A DNA stretch of 64,000 nucleotides, taken from positions 64,001-128,000 of the forward strand of contig CAWBOC010000006.1 in assembly GCA_963790305.1 (NCBI GenBank), given 5' to 3'. Below, in pieces: positions 10,680 to 21,102 of the stretch. The notes under the pieces were generated by a model. It did no database searches, was not told where the DNA came from, and was given only the letters and a program-made list of their open reading frames with translations. Each line of letters opens with the position of its first letter. Within the stretch, counting starts at the first letter, position 1. The position numbers and the translations under genes are program-made. This DNA is from an uncultured Gemmatimonadaceae bacterium. GTDB lineage: Bacteria > Gemmatimonadota > Gemmatimonadetes > Gemmatimonadales > Gemmatimonadaceae.

Positions 10680-11658
10680 ATGGCCACCCGCACCGCCGCC
10701 CCCGCTGCCGACACCGCGCTCGTCCAGGGCATCATCACGCAGGTCGGCAAGCGTGTCGTGGGTCAGGAGTACATGGTCGAGCGCCTGCTCATCGGGCTCC
10801 TCACCGGCGGACACGTGCTGCTCGAGGGAGTTCCAGGGCTCGCCAAGACGCTCACGGTGAAAACGCTGGCCGAGACGATCAGCACCTCGTTTCAGCGCAT
10901 CCAGTTCACGCCCGATCTTCTTCCGGCCGACGTCATCGGGACGATGGTCTTCGATCAGGGCACCGGTCAGTTCAGCGCCAAGAAGGGACCGATCTTCGCC
11001 AACATCATTCTCGCCGACGAGATCAACCGTGCCCCGGCGAAGGTGCAGGCGGCATTGCTCGAGGCGATGCAGGAGAAGCAGGTGACGATCGGCGGAACGA
11101 CGCATCGTCTCGAGGAGCCCTTCCTCGTGCTCGCGACGCAGAATCCCATCGAGCAGGAAGGCACATATCAGTTGCCCGAGGCGCAGGTCGATCGCTTCAT
11201 GCTCAAGCTGCACGTCGGACTACCCCACGCGCGACGAGGAAAAGGAGATCATGCGCCGCATGGCGAGCGGCGATCCGATTCCGGTCCAGCACGCCTCCAC
11301 GCCGCAGCAGGTGCTCGATGCGCGCCGTCGCATCGCCGACCTGTACGTCGACGAGCGCATCATGGACTACATCGTTGACATCGTCCACGCGACGCGCAAA
11401 CCGGAAGAGGCGGGGCTCAAGGAGCTCGCTCCACTCATCGAATACGGCGCCAGTCCGAGAGCCACGATCTTCCTCGCGCAGGGCGCCCGCGCGCACGCCT
11501 TCCTTCGCGGCCGCAACTTCGTGACGCCGGACGACGTGAAAGCCATCGGTCCGGACATCCTGCGGCATCGCGTGCTGACGACGTACGAAGCGGAAGCCGA
11601 GGAAGTCACGAGCGACGTCATCGTCAAGAAGATCCTGGCTGCGATCGAGAGCCCGTGA
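10680..11658 (+). CDS. moxR: MoxR family AAA+ ATPase (apparent +1 frameshift near 11217)
   Basis: [46 protein letters not shown]-terminal GASPRA...LRHR in the next frame. Confidence 0.9.
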
Positions 11659-12683
11659 GCAAGCGCGGAACGGAGCGCGCGGCTGCCGCCACGGCCGACC
11701 GGGGCGACCGCCGGCGCGAGGCGTCGCGCGCGTCGGGGAGCGTGCCGGTCGCGTCGGCCCCACCCGCGCGGGCGCGCACCGCAACATCGGCCCGCGCCGT
11801 TCCACCGGAAGTCTTGCGGCAGGTCAAGCTCCTCGAGATTCGAACACGCGGCCTCGTGAACTCCCTCTTCACCGGCGAGTATCACTCGGTATTCAAGGGG
11901 CAGGGGATGGAATTCGCGGAGGTCCGCGAGTATCAGCCCGGTGATGAAGTGCGCACCATCGACTGGAACGTCACGGCGCGCATGGGCCACCCCTACGTCA
12001 AGCGCTACATCGAGGAGCGTGAGCTCACCGTGATGCTCGCCATCGATCTGTCCGGCTCGGAGCGGTTCGGCACCCAGGCGCGATTCAAGAGCGAGCTCGC
12101 GAGCGAGCTGAGCGCGGTGCTCGCCATGTCCGCGGTGCGCAACAACGACCGTGTCGGCGCTCTGCTATTCACCGACCGCGCGGAGCACGTGGTGCCCCCC
12201 GGCAAGGGACGGCGGCACGTCCTCCGCCTCGTGCGTGACGTGCTCGCCTTCGAGCCCGAAGGGCGAAAGACCGACATTGCCGCCGCCGCCGACTATCTGG
12301 CGAAGATGCTCTCGCACCACACCATCATTTTCCTCATCTCCGACTTCATCGCCCAGAACATCGAGCGCCCGCTCAAGATTCTGGCCCAGCGCCACGACGT
12401 GGTCGCGGTGACCATGGAGGACCCGCGCGAGATCACGCTCCCCAACGTCGGCCTTGCGCGGTTCGTCGATCCGGAGAGCGGCACGACCGTCACGGTCGAC
12501 ACGAGCGACACGGGCGTGCGCAAGGCGTTCGAGGAGATGGCGGGCGCGGAGCGCGCCGAGCGGCGCCGTCTCTTTCGGCGTCTGGCGATCGACGAGATCG
12601 TCGTTCGCACCGACGCGAGCTACATCGAGCCGCTCATGAAATTCTTTCGCGCGCGTGAGACGCGGGGCGGGCGACGCCGGTGA
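11655..12683 (+). CDS. DUF58 family (VWA-like) protein
   Basis: GMEFAEVREYQPGDEVRTIDWNVTAR, DLSGS, ISDF. Confidence 0.92.
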   Translation: MSKRGTERAAAATADRGDRRREASRASGSVPVASAPPARARTATSARAVPPEVLRQVKLLEIRTRGLVNSLFTGEYHSVFKGQGMEFAEVREYQPGDEVRTIDWNVTARMGHPYVKRYIEERELTVMLAIDLSGSERFGTQARFKSELASELSAVLAMSAVRNNDRVGALLFTDRAEHVVPPGKGRRHVLRLVRDVLAFEPEGRKTDIAAAADYLAKMLSHHTIIFLISDFIAQNIERPLKILAQRHDVVAVTMEDPREITLPNVGLARFVDPESGTTVTVDTSDTGVRKAFEEMAGAERAERRRLFRRLAIDEIVVRTDASYIEPLMKFFRARETRGGRRR

Positions 12684-13639
12684 TCGGGATTACCCTGGTG
12701 CTCGTTATGCAGGCCGGGGCGCCGCCACCGGCGCCCGCGGCACAGGAGCAACCTGCTCAGGGGGTTCAGCTGGGCGTCGCCGTTCGTCCCGAGACGGTGA
12801 CCGTCGGCACCCGGTTCATCGTCTCGGCGCGCCTGCGCGCACCCGACGGCGCGACGATCGCCTGGCCCACCGCCCCCGACACCTCGGAGACGATCGAGAT
12901 CGTCAGCTCGCGCATGCTCGATTCCGCGAGCGATTCGCTGCGCACGGAGGAAACGGCTCGCTGGCGGCTCGCCGCTTGGGACACCGGCACGATCACCATC
13001 GTGTTCGAGGATGCGGTCGTGACGGGAATGGACCTCGAGCGACGTGTCCCGCTACGGGCGCACGTATACGTTCGAAGCGTCCTCCCACCCGACACGGCGC
13101 TGCACGTTCCGAAGCCCCCGCGCGACATCATGGCAGCCGATCCGCCGTGGTGGCGCTGGGTGGCGCTCGCGCTCCTCGTGCTCGCGATCATCGGCCTGCT
13201 CCTCTGGTGGTACCTCCGCCGCCGGCGTCGAAAGCCGGCGCCGATACCGGTCGACGCGATGCAGTACGCCGAGCGCGAGTTTACGCGAGTCGAGCGCATG
13301 GGGCTGCTCGAGGCGGGAGAGCGCGGTCGCTTCGTCGCGCTCATGGTCGAGGTGCTCCGGGACTACCTGGCACTTCGCTTACCCGGTGCGGCACCATCGT
13401 TGACGAGCACGGAGCTCATACGCTTCCTGCGATCGCGTTCGGATCTTCCGGTGCAGCGGCTCGCCGCCATCCTCAACGAAGCCGATCTCGTCAAGTTCGC
13501 GCGGCGCTCGGTTACCGGCGAACGTGCCCGCGAGATTGGCCAGGAAGCGCGCACGATTGTTCGTGAGGTCGAGGAGGTTACCGCTCGAGACCGCGCGCTC
13601 GCGGCGGCTGCTGCGGCAGCGGCGGAGAAGGCGGCGTGA
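12680..13639 (+). CDS. Bat-cluster membrane protein (signal peptide, single TM)
   Basis: Lies between DUF58 and batA; TM followed by RRRRRK; ADLVKFA motif. Confidence 0.75.
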   Translation: MIGITLVLVMQAGAPPPAPAAQEQPAQGVQLGVAVRPETVTVGTRFIVSARLRAPDGATIAWPTAPDTSETIEIVSSRMLDSASDSLRTEETARWRLAAWDTGTITIVFEDAVVTGMDLERRVPLRAHVYVRSVLPPDTALHVPKPPRDIMAADPPWWRWVALALLVLAIIGLLLWWYLRRRRRKPAPIPVDAMQYAEREFTRVERMGLLEAGERGRFVALMVEVLRDYLALRLPGAAPSLTSTELIRFLRSRSDLPVQRLAAILNEADLVKFARRSVTGERAREIGQEARTIVREVEEVTARDRALAAAAAAAAEKAA

Positions 13640-14628
13640 TTCGTATCTTCGGGCTCGAGTTCGCGGCCCCATGGGCGCTCCTTCTCCTGCTCGCCATCCC
13701 CGCGTGGTGGCTCTGGCGGCGCCGCCGGCATCGCCCCGCGATCGTGTTCTCCCGTGCCGACGTCCTGGCGCGCGGGCCGCGCGCCGGGCGTGGGATCGCG
13801 CGGCTGCTGGTGCTCCTCCGCGCGCTGGCCATCGGCGCGCTCGTGATCGCTCTGGCGCGCCCTCGCTCGGGAGCGCGTGCGGAGACGATCACCAGCGAAG
13901 GGATCAACATCGTGCTCGTCGTCGATCTGTCGAGCTCGATGCTGGCTGAGGACTTTCAGCCCCAGAACCGCCTCGAGGTCGCGAAGGACGTCGTGAAGCA
14001 GTTCGTCAACGGGCGGCGAAGCGATCGCATCGGGCTCGTCGCCTTTGCTGGCGAGGCGCTCACGCAGACGCCGCTCACCCTCGACTATCCCGTCATCCTC
14101 GCCGCCGTCGATCACCTGCACGCTGGTCTTCTCGAGGACGGCACCGCCATCGGCACGGCGATCGCGACCGCCGCCAACCGGCTGCGCGACGCGCCCGGAC
14201 GCTCGCGTGTGATGATTCTTCTCACTGACGGAGAGAACAACCGCGGCAACATCGACCCGCGCACCGCCGCGCAGGCCGCCGGCGCGTACGGCATCAAGAT
14301 CTACACGGTGGGGGCGGGAACGGAGGGCGTCGCCCCGGTTCCCGTGGGCCGCGGTCTGACGGGACTGCGATACGAGAATCGGCCGGTGCGCATCGATGAG
14401 AAGCTGCTCACCGACGTGTCGCGCACGACGGGTGGGCGCTACTTCCGCGCCCGCGATGCCGCCGCGCTGCAACGGATCTACGAGCAGATCGATCGGCTCG
14501 AGCGCGTACCCGTCACGACGCGCACGTACACGCAGTACACCGAGCAGTACCGGTGGCCTCTTGCCCTCGTGCTCATGGCGATCGCCGCCGAGATGGCATT
14601 GCTCGCCTGGCGGGGCCCGCTGCCATGA
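13636..14628 (+). CDS. batA: BatA-like VWA domain protein
   Basis: N-terminal TM, MIDAS DLSSSM, GTAIG, LLTDGENNRG. Confidence 0.88.
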   Translation: MIRIFGLEFAAPWALLLLLAIPAWWLWRRRRHRPAIVFSRADVLARGPRAGRGIARLLVLLRALAIGALVIALARPRSGARAETITSEGINIVLVVDLSSSMLAEDFQPQNRLEVAKDVVKQFVNGRRSDRIGLVAFAGEALTQTPLTLDYPVILAAVDHLHAGLLEDGTAIGTAIATAANRLRDAPGRSRVMILLTDGENNRGNIDPRTAAQAAGAYGIKIYTVGAGTEGVAPVPVGRGLTGLRYENRPVRIDEKLLTDVSRTTGGRYFRARDAAALQRIYEQIDRLERVPVTTRTYTQYTEQYRWPLALVLMAIAAEMALLAWRGPLP

Positions 14629-16310
14629 TTCCGTACTTCGACATCCCCTGGGCGCTCGTAGCGGCCCCGGCTCTCGCGGTCCTCGTCGCGGTGCTGCTCG
14701 TGGTCGCCTTTCGCAAGCGTCGCCGCCGCCTCGCCGCGTTAGGCCAGGAAGGAATCGTCGCACGCCTCATCCCCTCCTCGGCCACCCGCTCGCCCACCGC
14801 GCGCGTAATCCTGCTCTCGCTCGCGACGATCTTCGCCGGAATCGCGTTCGCCGGCCCGCGATGGGGGACCGAGCGGGCGATCGTGCGCGCGGGAGGGGCG
14901 GACATCGTGCTTGCGCTCGACGCGTCACTCTCGATGCGCGCTACCGATGAGCGCCCCGACCGGCTCGAACGGATGAAACAGGAGGCTCGGCGCTTCCTTG
15001 CCGGCTCGCCGAGCGACCGATTCGGATTGATCGCCTTCGCCGGACGGAGCTACATCCTCACCCCGCTGACGGTCGACAAGGGGGCCCTCGAGCTCTACCT
15101 CGACAATCTCGATCCGAGCGTCGTGGGCCAGGCCGGAAGCTCCCTCGCCCGCGCCATCCGACAGGGAACAGATCTCTTACTTACCTCACGTAGCGGAAGC
15201 GACCGCGCGCTCGTCATCATGAGCGACGGGGAAGCGTTCGAGCCGGAAAGCGACGTCGTCGAGGCTGCCAAGCGGGCCGCCGAGGCTGGAATCACCCTGG
15301 TGACCGTTGGCTTTGGAACACCCGCCGGAGCGACGATCCCCGAGCGGGGCGCGGGAGGGCAGACGTTGAAGCGTGACGAGAACGGAGAGATCGTCGTATC
15401 GCGGCACTCGTCGGAGCTGCTCGAAGCTGCGGCGCGCGCGGCGAACGGTGTCTACATCGCTGCCTCGGCCACCGACAAGGCGGCGAACATTCGCCGCTCC
15501 CTGGCCACGTTGCGGCGTCAGGGCCGGATGGCCCAGGCGGGTGCGGAGCGACGCCCGCAGTTTCAGCTCTTTCTCCTTCCCGCTTTCCTCTGCCTGCTCG
15601 CCGATACGCTGCTTGCGGAGCGCCGAGGCGCCCGACGCCGCGCACCCGCGGCGGCACGCACAGCAGCGACGGCCCTGCTCCTCGCCCTCGCACTCCCGTC
15701 GCGGGCCTACGCCGCTGACACCGAGGGCGACGACCTCTTCCGGGCGCGTCGTTATGCAGAGGCCGCCGAGGCCTATCGCCGGGAGATCATGCGGGGGGAC
15801 CGGTCAGCGCGGGTACAGTACAACTACGGGACTGCGCTCATTCTCGCCGGCCGTGCCGACGAAGCGGTCGAGACGCTGGAGCGCGCCGCCCTTTCCACCG
15901 ACCTCGAGACGCGCTATCGGGCGCTCTTCAATCTCGGGTACATCTTCCTGCAGCGCGGTCGCACACTCGAGGGCGATCCCGCGACGCAAGCGTACGCCGC
16001 GGCGGTGGACGCGTACAAGCGCGCCCTGCGTGCCCGTCCCGATGAGCTCGACGCCAAGTGGAACTACGAGCTCGCGCGGCGACGCCAGCAGTCCTCTGGC
16101 GGCGGTGGTGGTGGGGGAGGTGAGACGCCGGAGCAGGAAGAGGACCCCGTCTCACCCGCGCGAGAACCCATCCCTCGGCCCAGCGGCGGCCTGTCCGAGC
16201 GACAGGCGGAGGCGATCCTCAACAGCGCCGCGCGTGATGAGCAGGAAGTGCAGGGGCGGAAGCAGCGCACGAATCAGCCTGACACGCCGCCGAGGGGGAA
16301 GGACTGGTGA
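14625..16310 (+). CDS. BatB-like VWA protein fused to BatC-like TPR region
   Basis: DASLSM, SDGE; TPR-like YNYGTAL, FNLG, AKWNYELA; C-terminal KDW. Confidence 0.85.
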   Translation: MIPYFDIPWALVAAPALAVLVAVLLVVAFRKRRRRLAALGQEGIVARLIPSSATRSPTARVILLSLATIFAGIAFAGPRWGTERAIVRAGGADIVLALDASLSMRATDERPDRLERMKQEARRFLAGSPSDRFGLIAFAGRSYILTPLTVDKGALELYLDNLDPSVVGQAGSSLARAIRQGTDLLLTSRSGSDRALVIMSDGEAFEPESDVVEAAKRAAEAGITLVTVGFGTPAGATIPERGAGGQTLKRDENGEIVVSRHSSELLEAAARAANGVYIAASATDKAANIRRSLATLRRQGRMAQAGAERRPQFQLFLLPAFLCLLADTLLAERRGARRRAPAAARTAATALLLALALPSRAYAADTEGDDLFRARRYAEAAEAYRREIMRGDRSARVQYNYGTALILAGRADEAVETLERAALSTDLETRYRALFNLGYIFLQRGRTLEGDPATQAYAAAVDAYKRALRARPDELDAKWNYELARRRQQSSGGGGGGGGETPEQEEDPVSPAREPIPRPSGGLSERQAEAILNSAARDEQEVQGRKQRTNQPDTPPRGKDW

Positions 16311-18430
16311 TGCGGCGCCTGTTGGTCGCGGTGGCGGCGTTCGCGCTCGCATGGTCGCCAGGAGCGGCCAATGCACAGCTGCGTACGCGGCGCGATTACT
16401 CCCGGGCGCCGGCGATCACGCGCAATCCGGTGCTCGATACGATCGCGCCAGTGCAGGTCCGCGCGCTGGTTCTTCCCGAGACGGTGTATGTGGGTCAGCA
16501 AGCGACGTATCAGGTGGCAGCGTTTTTTGCCCGAGCGGTTCGCGATCGCGTGCGGCGCCCCGAGTTCTTTGCGCCCGAGATGCGCGGCATGTTGGCCTAC
16601 GAGTCGCCCTCCGATCTTCCCGCCTACACGGTCTCGTCGCGAGGAAAGTCATTCGAGGCCTTCGTCTATCAGCGCGCGATCTTTCCCGTCGCCGCGGGGC
16701 GATTCACGATCCCGCCCGCGCGCCTCACCTATGCGCTGCCACTGACACCCAGCTTTTTCAGTCGCGATGAAAGCTATGAGTCGCGGAGTGACAGCATCGT
16801 GATCGTAGCAATCGACCCGCCCACCGCCGGCCGTCCGCCCGAGTATCAGGGCGCCGTTGGTGCCTTGAGCATCGCTGCCGATCTCGATACCGCCCGTGCC
16901 CGCGTGGGCGATCCTTTGCTGCTTCGCGTACGCGTTGCCGGTGTCGGCAATGTGAAGCTATTGCCGCGTCCCCCGCTTCGAGTCCCCTGGGCGACGGTCG
17001 TCCCGGCCGACGAGCGTGTCACCGTCGCCACCGACCGGGATACGGTGCGGGGAGCCAAGGAATTCGACTGGGTGCTCACTCCGACCCGCCCCGGAATGCG
17101 GACGCTGGCACCGGTGCGCTACTGGTATTTCGATCCGTGGACCGAGAGCTATCAGCTCGCGGAAGCCGCCTCCGATTCCGTTCTGGTGGCGCCGGGAATG
17201 CTTGCGAGCTCCGATACCGGAACGACGGTCATCCCTCCGCTCACCATTCGCACGGCCTACCGCGGGGAGCTGCCGATGCCGCCGCACGAGCGGCGGGAAT
17301 TCTGGCTGCTTCTCGGTCTGGCGCCCATTCCCGCCACGCTGCGGCGCCTGACGAGTCGCCGACGTGCTCGCTCGCGCCCGGAGCTGGTGTCGCGGGATCT
17401 TCGTGCGCTGGCGCGGCAGCGCCGACCCGTGTCCGCGGGTGAGCTGCGACGCGCGCTCGTGCGTGCGCTGGCCGATCGCCTCAACGTGAGCGCATTGACG
17501 CTGTCGTCCAACGGTGCGCTCGCTCGCGTGGCCCGGCGCGCGGGAGTCTCGGCCTCTGTTGCCCAGGAGGCGAATGTCCTCCTTTCCGAGCTCGACCACG
17601 CCGCGTTTGGCGAGGCACACTCGGCGGTGCAGGATCACGCGAAGCGCGCCTGGCGCATCTATCGCGACATCGATCGTGAGGCGCGGTCCCGTGACTCGCT
17701 GCGAGCGACGGTTACCACGCTGCTCATCGGTGGGATGCTGCTCGTCGCCGCGCACACCGCCACCGCGGTGCAGGGAACGGAGCTCGATCCGACGCGCCGC
17801 TTCGCTGCCGGCGTCGCCGATTACCGGGCTGGTCGGTACCTCGATGCGGCGCGCGAGTTCGGCGCGGTCGCCAACGCCGAACCCCGAGCTCCCGACGCGT
17901 GGATGAACTACGGCACCGCGTCGTGGCAGGCGGCGGACACGGCGCGCGCGGTCGTGGGATGGCAGCGCGCCCTCCGTCTCGAGCCCCTCGCCAGCGACGC
18001 GCGCGAAGCGCTCATTCGCGTCGACCTGCCCGTAGACGAGTCGCTCGGCAATGTGCCTCCGCTTCCGGTCGAGGTGCTTGCCCTCGTCGCGGCCTCGCTG
18101 TGGTGTCTGGCCTGGCTCCTCGTCGCGCTTCGCATTCGGCGGTCGGGGGCCACCGCCCTCGCGCTGGGCGGCATTTCACTGTCGGTCGCGCTCGCGGCCG
18201 TGGCCTTCACTGCACACGCCGCTGTCACGGGGCGCGGCCTGGCGGTAATGGACGCGACTGGAGCGCTGCGGATGCTTCCCGCTTTGGCCGCGGAATACGG
18301 CGCGGTCGCCCGCGTCGGTGAGGTCGCGCGCATCGAGGAGCGACGAGGGGACTGGTCGCGCATCGCCCTTGCTGGCGCACGCGAAGGCTGGGTCGAGCAC
18401 GCGCTGTTGGTACCGCTCACGCGCAATTGA
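16307..18430 (+). CDS. BatD-like protein fused to BatE-like TPR/SH3 region
   Basis: Signal peptide, GAVG motif, TPR-like AWMNYG...RALRLEP, C-terminal SH3-like WSRI...EGWV. Confidence 0.8.
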   Translation: MMRRLLVAVAAFALAWSPGAANAQLRTRRDYSRAPAITRNPVLDTIAPVQVRALVLPETVYVGQQATYQVAAFFARAVRDRVRRPEFFAPEMRGMLAYESPSDLPAYTVSSRGKSFEAFVYQRAIFPVAAGRFTIPPARLTYALPLTPSFFSRDESYESRSDSIVIVAIDPPTAGRPPEYQGAVGALSIAADLDTARARVGDPLLLRVRVAGVGNVKLLPRPPLRVPWATVVPADERVTVATDRDTVRGAKEFDWVLTPTRPGMRTLAPVRYWYFDPWTESYQLAEAASDSVLVAPGMLASSDTGTTVIPPLTIRTAYRGELPMPPHERREFWLLLGLAPIPATLRRLTSRRRARSRPELVSRDLRALARQRRPVSAGELRRALVRALADRLNVSALTLSSNGALARVARRAGVSASVAQEANVLLSELDHAAFGEAHSAVQDHAKRAWRIYRDIDREARSRDSLRATVTTLLIGGMLLVAAHTATAVQGTELDPTRRFAAGVADYRAGRYLDAAREFGAVANAEPRAPDAWMNYGTASWQAADTARAVVGWQRALRLEPLASDAREALIRVDLPVDESLGNVPPLPVEVLALVAASLWCLAWLLVALRIRRSGATALALGGISLSVALAAVAFTAHAAVTGRGLAVMDATGALRMLPALAAEYGAVARVGEVARIEERRGDWSRIALAGAREGWVEHALLVPLTRN

Positions 18431-18456
18431 CCGCCTGCGGCAAACGCGCGTAGCTT
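18427..18456 (+). promoter_or_regulatory. Putative promoter for a leaderless mutL transcript
   Basis: TTGACC-18 nt-TAGCTT ending 5 nt before the ATG; no Shine-Dalgarno. Confidence 0.5.
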
Positions 18457-18461
18457 GCTAC

Positions 18462-20192
18462 ATGCCGCGCATCGCCGTCCTCCCCAATACCGTCGTCGAC
18501 CAGATCGCCGCAGGAGAAGTCATCGAGCGACCGGCATCGGTCGTGAAGGAGCTGCTCGAGAACGCCCTCGATGCCGCCGCGCGCGCGGTCGAGGTCGAGG
18601 TCATTGACGGCGGCCGCTCACGGATTCGGGTTGCGGACGACGGAACGGGTATGGCGCGGGACGACGCAGTGCTCGCTCTCGCGCGACATGCAACCTCGAA
18701 GATTCGCCGCACCGACGACCTCGTTGGTGTTGCAACGTTCGGCTTCCGCGGCGAGGCACTCGCCGCCATCGCATCGGTCTCGGCCATCGAGATCGAGACC
18801 GCGGCGGCTGATGGGGCAGGCACGCTGGTCCGCGCCGAAAACGGGGAAGTGCGTGAGGTCGGCGAATGCAGCCGCCGGCGCGGGACGACCGTGACGGTGA
18901 CGCGCATCTTCTCCAGCACCCCAGCACGACTCGCCTTTCTTCGATCGCCGCGGTCGGAATGGCGCGCAACCGCTGAGGCGCTCACGAGCGTCGCTCTCGC
19001 GCGCCGGGACGTGCGCCTCACGGCGACGCACGACGGCCGACCGTCGTTCGCGCTTGCACCCGCAACCTCGTTGCGCGCGCGCGTCGCGGCGCTGTGGGGC
19101 GGCGCATTTGCCGACGGGCTCGTCGAAGTCGAAGACGTGAGCGGCTCGATCCAGGTGTCCGGCCTCGTCGAGCGACCTGGCGATGCGGGCACTGCTGCCC
19201 GGCGAATCTTCCTGACCGTGAACGGCCGTGCCGTGCGCGACCACGGGATCGTGCGAGCCGCCGAAGCCGCGTACCGGTCCACTTTGCCGGCCGGCGTCCG
19301 TCCGTCGCTCCTTCTCGAGCTGGCCATTCCCGGCGGTCTCGTCGACGTCAACGTGCACCCGATGAAGGCCGAGGTGCGCTTTCGCGACCGCTGGATGCTG
19401 GAGCGCGCGGTCGAAGCGGCTGTCCGTCGCGCGCTTGGGACCCCCGAAAGCGCCTCCTCGCTTGGCTACCGCGCCTGGACGTTTGGCGGCGCGCAAAACG
19501 GCGGTGTCGGCACCGTCGTCGACACTGAGGTACTGCGGCGCGCCGATGGCGGATTCGGTCCGCTTCTGGATCATCCCGACGGCTCGACAATCCCGGGCAC
19601 GCCGAGCCTGCCTGACGACGTCGCCGTGCCTCCGCTCGTTCAGCTCCGCGACACGTATCTCATGTTCGAGCGAGACGACGGGCTCGTCCTCATTGATCAG
19701 CACTCGGCGCACGAGCGCGTGCTGTTCGAGCGATTCCTTGGAACGCTCGAGCGCGGCGAGGCCCCTTCGCAGCGACTCCTCTTTCCGCTGACGCTGCACC
19801 TCGGACCAGCGGAGGCCGACGCGTTCGAAGAGCACCAGGACCTGTTCACCGCGCTGGGGTTCGAGGTCGAGGGCTTTGGCGGACATACCCTCATCATTCG
19901 GGCCGTTCCCATGCCGCATCCGCGCTTCGACGCTGAGCGGTGCGTTCGCGAAACGCTCGACGCGCTCGCTGGCAGCCGGTTCGCGAGTGCTGCCCCGCGC
20001 CACGAGCGCCTGGCGGCGACTGTCGCCTGCAAGGCCGCCATCAAGGCGGGGGACGCCCTGTCGCCCGGCGAGATGCGAGCGCTCTACAGCGCGTTAGGCG
20101 CCACGGCACTCCCGGCGCACGACGTGCATGGGCGTGCGACGATCGTCCACGTACCGTGGGACGAGGTCGATCGCCGGTTTGGCCGACGCTGA
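18462..20192 (+). CDS. mutL: DNA mismatch repair endonuclease MutL
   Basis: IAAGEVIERPASVVKELLENALDA, FGFRGEAL, DQHSAHER, ACKAA. Confidence 0.96.
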   Translation: MPRIAVLPNTVVDQIAAGEVIERPASVVKELLENALDAAARAVEVEVIDGGRSRIRVADDGTGMARDDAVLALARHATSKIRRTDDLVGVATFGFRGEALAAIASVSAIEIETAAADGAGTLVRAENGEVREVGECSRRRGTTVTVTRIFSSTPARLAFLRSPRSEWRATAEALTSVALARRDVRLTATHDGRPSFALAPATSLRARVAALWGGAFADGLVEVEDVSGSIQVSGLVERPGDAGTAARRIFLTVNGRAVRDHGIVRAAEAAYRSTLPAGVRPSLLLELAIPGGLVDVNVHPMKAEVRFRDRWMLERAVEAAVRRALGTPESASSLGYRAWTFGGAQNGGVGTVVDTEVLRRADGGFGPLLDHPDGSTIPGTPSLPDDVAVPPLVQLRDTYLMFERDDGLVLIDQHSAHERVLFERFLGTLERGEAPSQRLLFPLTLHLGPAEADAFEEHQDLFTALGFEVEGFGGHTLIIRAVPMPHPRFDAERCVRETLDALAGSRFASAAPRHERLAATVACKAAIKAGDALSPGEMRALYSALGATALPAHDVHGRATIVHVPWDEVDRRFGRR

Positions 20193-21102
20193 GCTGCGCA
20201 TCATTTGTGGCCCGACGGCGGCCGGAAAATCGGCGATCGCCCTCTCGCTCGCCGAGCGCGGGCCAACAACCATCATCAGCGCCGACTCGCGGCAGATCTA
20301 CCGTCGTTTCGACGTTGGCACCGCCAAGCCGACGGCCGTGGAGCGGCGTCGCGTCCCGCATCGAGGTATCGACATCGTCGATCCCAGCGAGCGCTACTCG
20401 GCGGCTTCGTGGGCGGAGGAAGCCAATCGTTGGATCGGCGAGGCTGCGGACGCGCGGCGAACACCACTGGTGGTCGGCGGCACCGGCTTCTATCTCCGAG
20501 CGCTCGCGATGCCTCTGTTCGAGCAGCCGCCACTCGATGCCGATCGTCGTGCAGCGCTGGCGCGAGTGCTCACTCCGATGACCACGCCCGAGCTTCGGCG
20601 TTGGTGCGAACAGCTCGACCCGGCACGGACGCACCTCGGTCGCACACAGCTTCTGCGCGCGATCGAGATCGCGGTCCTCACCGGCCGTCCTATCAGCGAA
20701 TGGCATCGGGAGCGACCACGAAGCCCGACGATTCGGGCTCGCTGGCTCGTGGTCAGCCCACGATCATCGGCGGCCCTCGCCCACCGAATCGAGCAACGCG
20801 CCGCGGCCATGGTTCGAGCGGGTTGGGAGGAGGAGGTGCGCGAGCTGACGCAGACCGTTCCCGAGGATGCTCCGGCCTGGAACGCGACCGGGTACCACAC
20901 CGTTCGAGAGCGTGTGCGTGGAACGTTGACCCGTGACACGATGCTGGCGCGCATCATTGTCGAAACGCGTCAGTACGCCAAGCGACAGCGAACCTGGTTT
21001 CGCCACCAGCTCCCCGCGGAAGGAGTAACGCACATCGATCCGGAGGACGAGCGCGCGATCGACATGGCGATCCACTGGTGGACCGATGCGGAGGCGCAGT
21101 GA
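20179..21102 (+). CDS. miaA: tRNA dimethylallyltransferase
   Basis: GPTAAGKS, SADSRQIY, VGGTGFY, YAKRQRTW; start (TTG 20179) uncertain. Confidence 0.95.
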   Translation: MADAELRIICGPTAAGKSAIALSLAERGPTTIISADSRQIYRRFDVGTAKPTAVERRRVPHRGIDIVDPSERYSAASWAEEANRWIGEAADARRTPLVVGGTGFYLRALAMPLFEQPPLDADRRAALARVLTPMTTPELRRWCEQLDPARTHLGRTQLLRAIEIAVLTGRPISEWHRERPRSPTIRARWLVVSPRSSAALAHRIEQRAAAMVRAGWEEEVRELTQTVPEDAPAWNATGYHTVRERVRGTLTRDTMLARIIVETRQYAKRQRTWFRHQLPAEGVTHIDPEDERAIDMAIHWWTDAEAQ

